A stretch of 57,660 nt of DNA, counting the filler, from Sphacelaria rigidula (taxonomy: Eukaryota): NCBI GenBank assembly GCA_964200075.2. It is 8 parts of 8 records of this genome, joined end to end, with 100 filler letters (N's around TTAATTAATTAA, not from the genome) between each part and the next. Parts side by side here need not be neighbours in the genome. Positions count along the whole stretch, not along the records: positions 43,323 to 50,441 come from CAXNAA020016389.1; positions 50,542 to 57,660 come from CAXNAA020016390.1; 6 more parts are not named here. One strand, written 5' to 3'. Positions 50,041 through 57,660 of this stretch are shown one piece after another. The translations under genes were made by a program, and so were the position numbers. The notes below the pieces were generated by a model, which saw only the letters and a program-made list of their open reading frames with translations, made no database searches and was not told where the DNA came from. Within the stretch, counting starts at the first letter, position 1; each line of letters begins with the position of its first letter.

Positions 50041-50542
50041 TAATATCCGATACGTATGTAGGTGTATAATAAAGTAACGTAAATGTGAAAGAATCAAATA
50101 TGAACAAAAAGAAGTAAAAAAATAAAACCAGTGGAAGAGGAATAAAGAAAATAGAAAGAAAAAATACTACTTCCTCTGTCCCATAAGTAAAGGTACCCTG
50201 AATTTGTACGGGCCCTCACCGATGTCCGATCGTTTTTTTTTTATGAACTCTACGGTGTTTTTTGGGTTGAAAAACGTGTCAAAAATTTGCAGCTCGTGCT
50301 TGAACCATGCCGCCGAACGGCTGCTAAAAAAGTAGTCGGCCCAAAAATGGGTGTTTTTTTTCCCCTTTCAAAGGGGAAAAAAAGTGTCGTGTTTTTTTTT
50401 TTTTTTTCTTTGTGGTTTTTTTTGTAAAGCTCCCGGTAGGGNNNNNNNNNNNNNNNNNNNNNNNNNNNNNNNNNNNNNNNNNNNNTTAATTAATTAANNN
50501 NNNNNNNNNNNNNNNNNNNNNNNNNNNNNNNNNNNNNNNNNC

Positions 50543-50860
50543 AACCGTCACAAAAGTTCGTCGCTGGTTCGATTCCCGTCGGACGCACTTTCTTTGAAGA
50601 AAAAAGAGGAGAGAAAACCTCTGTTAAAAATTGGCCCCAAGGAGAGAAAAGCTCGGTAAACAATTGGTTCAAAGAAAATGGGTGGGGTATAGCCTGGTGG
50701 CTATAATTGGAGGGTACTGCTAAAGACCCCAGTGCACACACCCTCTGGAACGAGGGGGGAGACGAGTAACTCAACGGTGCGGTGAGAGAGACACTCAGTA
50801 GTCTCTTTGGTTGTCTCTTGAACCGTCACAAAAGTTAGTCGTGGGGGTTCGAGACTCGTA
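50543..50860 (+). mobile_element. tRNA-derived SINE-like fragments (two related units)
   Basis: aaccgtcacaaaagtt(c/a)gtcg followed by a B-box-like ggttcgattccc (~50566) or ggttcgagactc (~50846). A-box-like taactcaacgg at ~50767. Confidence 0.5.
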
Positions 50861-50884
50861 TCTCAGTCGACAAAGTTGCCGAAG

Positions 50885-53800
50885 CTACTTGATGTCCATC
50901 AAAACATTCCTGTGGTATCGGAAACTATCCACAGGTAACGGTTTTGTCAGCACATCAGCATGCTGTTGAGCTGTCGGGACATACTCCACTCGAATGACCT
51001 GCTCAGACACCAACTCACTCAAACAGTGATGACATATATCTATATGCTTACTGTTGTTTGAGCTTCGTGGATTATTCGCGAGCTAAATGGCTCTCTGGTT
51101 TTCCTCGTACGTATACTGTCACCGGAATGCAAAATTCCTCAACTCCTTCCTCTGCGGTTGCATGAATTTTCGCACCGCCTTCACAAAAGTAGCATCCTTC
51201 ACCACATCCACCATCGCTCGATACTCAGCCTGAGTCGCAGACAAGTTACATTCTTCTGAGTCCGAGAGAAAAACCCAACCACAGCCCCACAGTAAAATAT
51301 TACCCCTACCAACACTGAACGCCGATCGTCGAAATTTGCGTAGTCGGCATCTGCATACGCTACCAACTCGTCGCTCGAACCCCTGACATGTAATTCCTAT
51401 ATCTACCGTAGTCCTCAGGTATTCAAAAACCCTTAATACTTTGCGCCAGTCTTCTGCAGTCGGGTTCTCGTTGTGCCTGGACGCAGCTCTCACGGCATCG
51501 GCGATGTCCGGACGAGTGTTGTTGGAGAGCCATATCAGCGATCCTACCGCCTCGCAATATCTCCTCCTAAAGCCTTCTCCCTCATCGACCTTGAAAGGTG
51601 AAACATACGCGGGGGTCGCTGCCGTCCTAGTGATTCAAAACCTGTCTAGAATACGTTGAATATATGCAGCCTGTGAAAACTTCAGAGTACCCTTCTCGAG
51701 GTCGTGCCTGTATTCACACCCCGCATACAAGACCAGTTCTCCAAGAGTTTTCGTCGGAAAGTGACAGTTGAGATCTACAACCAACTTGTTGCACACAGCC
51801 TCATCACCCATCACGAACATGGCATCGACATGAACCACAATCAGAACCTTGATCTCCCCGTCCATCAACCTGTAGATGCACGGGTTGACCAAACTCTGCT
51901 CGAAGCCCAGAATTTCCAGAGGTTTCCCCCGCTTTCCAAACCATTCTATAGCCGCTTGTCGAATCCCGTACAGACGTTTCCTCAGGTGTACGAGAGTACC
52001 TAACCGTTCACCTAGACCTGGTGGCAATCGCATGTACATCTCATCATTCAGCTCAGATTGTACGAGAGCTTGCTCAACGTCAAAGTGAAAAATGGTCTTC
52101 CTCTCAGCGCAAGCTACCGCCGCAGCTACTCTGTTGGATGTTGAAGGGGTAGGTGAAAACGCTGAAATATCGCCAATCTCATGACGACCCCTAAACACCA
52201 CTCAAGATTTTACCTTTATCAGATTACCATGCTCATCAGTCTTCCACTGAAACACTGATTTATAATCTATTCACTTCTCTCCTAATGGCGGTGAGTCTAC
52301 AACCGTCCACGTGTTGTCACGTTCCAATCCTTCCACCTCTCTGTTCATTGCATCAATCCACACTCTCTTAAACTGAGAATTGTATACACCCTTTACCGCC
52401 TCAGGTGCTCCCTTAAGCTCATCAAGAGTAACAAATGGCACAACCTCCAACTCTCAGACAGCGGATTTTCTTGGGTCGTCCGTGTCGCCCAGGAAAACCA
52501 GTATCCTATTGCGCCCCATAAATCCTCCGTCGACGCCCACAACGCACTGAGATGATCTTGTTGATGTTTTAGGTCAAGAACGCGTTGATGCCGTCGCAGT
52601 TCTTGGCGCTGCTGCTGTAGTAGTCGTGTTTGTTGCCTGGTTCGACCTGGCGTCGGCTCAACCGAATCTGGTTGGCTTGTGGCATCCCCGCCACCGACAG
52701 ACAACGTTTCCAACGAATCACGATCGGAAGATGGTGCAGACGACGTTGACAGCGTAGGCGACGCAGTCGGCTGCTCCATTGTGTTCTCACCGTCGTCGTT
52801 GTGTGGTTCCTGCTTAGGTTCCAATCGCTCATCGCCATCTCGCTCACACTCCTCGGATACTGCACCATCCGTGAATTCCCCCCCTACTCCGAGGTCCGAC
52901 TCTCCTGAACCAGAGTTCTCAACATCGCCCTCCCCGCTCTCTGCGAAATCTCGCCACCCCGCCTAGAAAACGGAACCGCTGTTTGCGAGCTTGAGGGGGG
53001 TAAGCGACACCAAGTAACATTCCAGGTGGTAATGACATATCTACCGTTCGTCTGCATTCTCATGGAGTCGCGAGGGTAGTTATAACCAGGCCCTAAGTAA
53101 AACACTCCTGTGCTTGGGGCATACACTTCGACGTCCTCTTGTACTTGACGTATCCTGGCTTGAAGAAAGGTAGATGCTTAACCTTGGGTACTTCGCCATA
53201 GAACAGTTCACCTGGGGAGTTCTCACCAGGGTTAGCCGTGGTAGCAGAGCGATTTCATGCGTCTGCTGCCCAACGATACGATTCAGCCCACATCCTTGCC
53301 GGACCACCCACATCGTACAGTACCTTGGCCTGAATTCGTGCAGCCGTAGCGGCCTGCTCGACCATTGCTATCGCACGCTCAGCCACACCGTTATGCTCAG
53401 GACTGCCTGCTGGGGTATACTCCTGTCTAATACCGCGTGTCCTTCAGAGGTTGCTGGAAGACCCAGCAAAGTCTCCCCTACCGTCCGACCTCACAGTCTC
53501 CACCACCGAGAGAATGCACTTTGCTCCTACATCTGCAAGGTACTGCTCGAATGGTCTCGTAGCGTTAGACTTGTGTTTACCGAAATATATCGAGATTTTC
53601 CGCGTAAAATCGTCCCGAATTAGAAACGAATACTTTACACCACCCGTACTCTCGACTAACTTTGATCCGGACGCATCCATGAACACTCGTTCAAACGGCT
53701 TTTCTGCTCTAGTGTTGGTTGAAGTCGGAATGGGCTTTCGCAGCCCCTTGGCCATGGAGCTCCCCTTGCACTCCTCCAGCTTTCCGACCGAAGTTACCCC

Positions 53801-55816
53801 TTCCTGTTTCGCTGTTTCCCGCAACAAGCCCTCATGCAGGTGGCCATGAGACTGATGACACAGATTGATGTCCACCTGATCGAGGTTGATTTGCATCTTT
53901 CCAGGGGCGAGAACAGCACTGGCAGACTTATCGTGGTCAACTTTACGATCCGTCGAGGTGATTGATGGTGGAAATCGAGTGAAAACCATTATATCATTCC
54001 TTCCTTTTTGAAAAACACTTCCCTTTCATCAGGCAAGGTAATCACAGTCCCTCTCTTCGTCACACTAATCGGCAAATCATGTTCCACGGCCACACTTTGC
54101 AGTGAAAATAGATTTATATCTAATTCAGGGACATGCGCCACCCTGGTGATACTGAAAGTTAAGTGATCATCGTTACCAACCGTTGTATCAACAGTTTGCC
54201 AAAACCTGCTATCGGTATTTCACGACTGTTCGCTACAGTGACCGATACACCCGTGCAAGGCTCGCAATCACACATTTTCTCCTCCGATGGAGTCATGTGG
54301 TATGACACTCCGCTATCTGCTACCCAAGCCTCCTTGCTCCCTTCATTTAGGATTGGGCGGTCATCTTGTCCACTGTCTGCTGCAGACGCGTGTTCACCAG
54401 TGTTACTCTCCATTGCAACGTACCCGAAGTCCACGGAATCCTTGAAATTGTCCGATCTGCACATCGCGACCATCTTATGACATCTCTTCGAGTGTCCTTT
54501 ACCTCCATATTCCTCACAAATACGTTGAGGGCATTCCGATTCGGCATGACCGATCTCACCACACTCGAAACACGTTAGACTCTTCCTTCCAATTCGCTGG
54601 GTGTTTGTTGGACTACTATCGCCAGTGTTACCAGTCGTACCGCCGTTACCCTGAACCTTGCTAGTACTATGTGCTGTCCCTGATTTTTGCGACCTATTCC
54701 CACCCCCTTTCCTCTTACCCTTGGGGTTAAAACCCATTTTTGTGTAGAGAGCATGGTTGTGATCTTTACTGCGCGAACCGCCTGTTTTCTTGAGCGACAG
54801 ATATTTATCTTTGACAACGGCTCGTGTCTCATCGGACTGGAGAGTCGACTCAAAAGGCAGTTGATCTCGTACAGTGGTGTACTACAGTGTTGAGCAACAA
54901 AATATACGCAAATCGTGCTCGTTTGATGTCGTCCGAACTCACATCCAACCGTTGTAGCTGCTGCTCATTCAAAGGATCAACACAAAGCGCAAGGTCTCTG
55001 AACAATCCCTCCCCGAAGCCGTACATAGAAGCATACCGCTCAACTTCTCGCTTAAAATTCACCCACGCATGACCCTCATCGATGTCGAAGGGACGAATTT
55101 GTCAAGCCTCCAATATTCGAGTATCGACACTTGGTGGCACTAATAGTATCGACGTGCCTTGGGTGTCACTTTGTCTTTGTACATCAACACCCGCACTCAA
55201 ATCTACTGCATTTGGGATTCCAAGACCGGACATCCTACCCAACACCGTGCTACCGACTTGAGTACCTACAGCTCCCCCGGATTGAGCCCCGGTCCAGCTG
55301 CTGAGCGGTGTTCCCCTTGCTTCGAAGTCCATCGGAGCAGCTTCCTGCTGTGACGGGCTTTCTGTCCCCACTGCGGAAGCCTCTCTAGCCCTACTAGCTT
55401 GTCATTCCTTGAAAATATGGTAATCTTCCGGCGTGACCAAGATCTCTTGAGCGGAAGCCTTCTCCTGCTCTTTTACATTCCTACTCGCCCGCTGCTCGCT
55501 TCCTGTACTACTCATGGTAAACGCCAATCTACTAGCTTCAGTCTATCGTAGGTGCTAAACGCCGACGTGTCGATACACTTCGAGCACACACTGATTCAAG
55601 CAGCATCGACTGCTTCATCAGAAAGTAGAAGGCAGCTCGGACAACAACAGTTGTCGAGATGGAAGTCGATCAAACAGAGAGGTGTGTAGATATCTTTATC
55701 ATCACGTTGAATACCACCGGAATAAAAGAAGGAAAACACACACGCACACACACTGATCCCAGAGGGGTGAGGGGTGCGGGCGTGCACCTTCATCACCTCC
55801 TCCGTAAGCTGTGACA
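50885..55816 (-). mobile_element. Degenerate Ty1/copia LTR retrotransposon (gag-PR-IN-RT-RH)
   Basis: Gag ATG near 55516, Zn knuckle CFECGEIGHAESEC, protease WVADSGVSYHMT, pre-integrase HQSHGHL, integrase PFERVFMDASG...IRDDFTR...VRSDG, RT FHFDVEQAL...LYGIRQAAIEW...VVHVDAM, RNase H LSATQAEYRAM...HADVLTKPL, stop at 50885-50887. Domain order is copia-type, with many frameshifts. Putative 5' LTR starts TGTCAC at ~55816 (unconfirmed). Confidence 0.95.
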
Positions 55817-57259
55817 AATGTCCCTTATTTCTTCCAATCAAGAACGCACAGCACACCTTGAGACAACTCTACGTACTTTCCATCTGGCTGAAGCGTACAG
55901 AACAACAAAAGAGAACTCTGCGTTTGTTCCTTGTCAATTTGAGAAGGAAAATGATAAAAACACCGTTCTGAAGCTTGACCTGTACAGAACCATTTCGCAT
56001 CGTCTACCCGCCGCATTTTCAATTAACGATCTCGGAATAGTATACTGGATCTTACGCTCTTGCATCTCAAGCTGTTCCCCATGAGTCAAATTACCACATG
56101 ATCAACATACGACAAAATACGTACAGGAGCCCACTTGCTAGGATTTACGATATTTTGGCCGTCAGTTGAGAACATTAAACCTTTGTATTCTTGGCTGAAC
56201 CGATACGAGCAACATAGGAGAGACGTGCAATTAACACCATTGATTGCCGCTTGAAGTTCTCCAAGCACATCAAGTAGGGACACATGTAGCACCGGTGCCC
56301 CACGCCCCCCTCCACGAAAAGAAAGGCATGTCGCATATCCTCGTACGATCCTCCAAAAAGTGGAGGTTTGGCTCCATCCCTCGCTGTACCGTAATTAGAC
56401 CACAAGGCCACGGCGGTACACGGTAAGCAGTCGGTTAATTTTGGAAAATGTCGTTTCCAGGCTATCGTTGTACCTTGTGATAACCATGCCGTCGTACCTT
56501 GGGATGACTATGCAGGGGTACCCCCGTACCGTTTCTAGTTCGAGCGGGTGATGACCTATGAGTACCAAACCGCAACCATGCGCTCCTGTAGTATGGAGGT
56601 TTATCCGCGTATTTGCCGTCCATAAACACAACGATCAAACCTGCCTTCTTATTTCCGGGGAGTACTTCCGAAACTCCCCGCATCCGCTGGGACGACCTAC
56701 GCTGACAACCTGTGACATCTGATCTCTCCTGTATTTGCCTGTACAAGCAGCTTTCAAAAGTCTGCCTAGATAATCGCTTTCTTGACCAAATTCGGCTTCC
56801 AAGGCGCCGATTTGAGGTCTGCCAACGCGTACTTGCCTAGAGTGCACCCCTTGCCCGAGGGTTCTCGGTATGCGTTGGGTTCAGGTTACGGTTAGGTTTA
56901 GCGTTATTTCAACATGGTAAATTTCGATCCCTTCTCCTGTCCCCTGTCTACCCCAGTCTATGTGTGTGTGTTTTCTCCATTTTCAACTCAAGCTTTTGAC
57001 TTCAAGCGTTGCCTTGGAAGAGTTCGACTGGCTGACAGTCCAGTGACTTCCGGGGGGTTCCGGGCGTGGGGGGAGAGTTTTGACAGGGGGTGGGGACCTT
57101 TTCGCAAAACAGCCGAAAAGTTCAAGTTTACCATGTGTGTTTGGAAGTTTCCCACGGAATATTCTGAGCCAGGAACGAGGCCTGACTCCCCTTGTATTGC
57201 CGGCACAGCTCAAAATTGTCAATAGTGTTGTTGTGGGCCACTAAGGCGGGGTCTTATCA

Positions 57260-57432
57260 GAAGTGATTATCACTTGAAATTCAAGAAATCACTTGTGTGA
57301 AAAACGACCGATGATTGGTTGCTGCGATACCACCCCCCCTCCCGAAAGGTTCCAAAAACACAGTTCGGCAAAAGTGATTTCAGGAAGTGAAAAAACGCTT
57401 CCTGAAATCACTTCTGTAAAAGTGATTTTGTG
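57260..57432. repeat. Cluster of aagtgatt/aatcactt inverted motifs with a 16-bp perfect hairpin
   Basis: aagtgatttcaggaag (57372-57387) pairs with cttcctgaaatcactt (57398-57413); the motif recurs in both orientations nearby. Confidence 0.6.
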
Positions 57433-57660
57433 ACACCTCGAACGGAAACATGAAACATCCCGTTGACAGGGGCATAACTCAAGTCTTGACAGACAAGTCA
57501 AGATAATCAAACGTGAACCTGAGGATCACATTGCCCTCCCAAACTAAAACACCCCGCTCCATTCATTGCTGCTCATCAGCTGAGCACACTGTGCGTGACC
57601 TTGCTCGAATCGGTTCAGAATTCAGTGAGAAATGATGATTCGCGTGAGACGCGCGCACAG

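Overview
Eukaryotic, repeat-rich DNA. The intron/exon style, splice signals and transposon mix suggest a brown alga or related stramenopile; this is an inference. The window is not contiguous. It is eight unrelated contigs of 7121, 7121, 7121, 7120, 7120, 7119, 7119 and 7119 bp, sorted by length and joined by 100-nt N44-TTAATTAATTAA-N44 linkers, so neighbourhood across linkers has no meaning. Host genes: the last four exons of a UAP56/DDX39B (SUB2) DECD-box RNA helicase (minus strand, 2940-5991), the last two exons of a low-complexity protein ending in an F-box-like motif (14842-17050), and a probable isolated membrane-protein exon (9635-9804). Mobile DNA: a degenerate Ty3/gypsy pol with a chromodomain-like module plus an extra C-terminal domain, a degenerate Ty1/copia element, two copies of a non-autonomous hAT-like element filled with palindromic tandem repeats, a MULE-like transposase fragment, several MITE/foldback families, tRNA-derived SINE-like pieces and satellites. 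The best leads are a 179-nt intronic hairpin in UAP56 (pre-miRNA candidate), the gypsy chromo plus Tudor-like tail, the C-terminal F-box protein and a back-to-back palindromic tRNA-like head. No CRISPR array or prokaryote-type system is supported.
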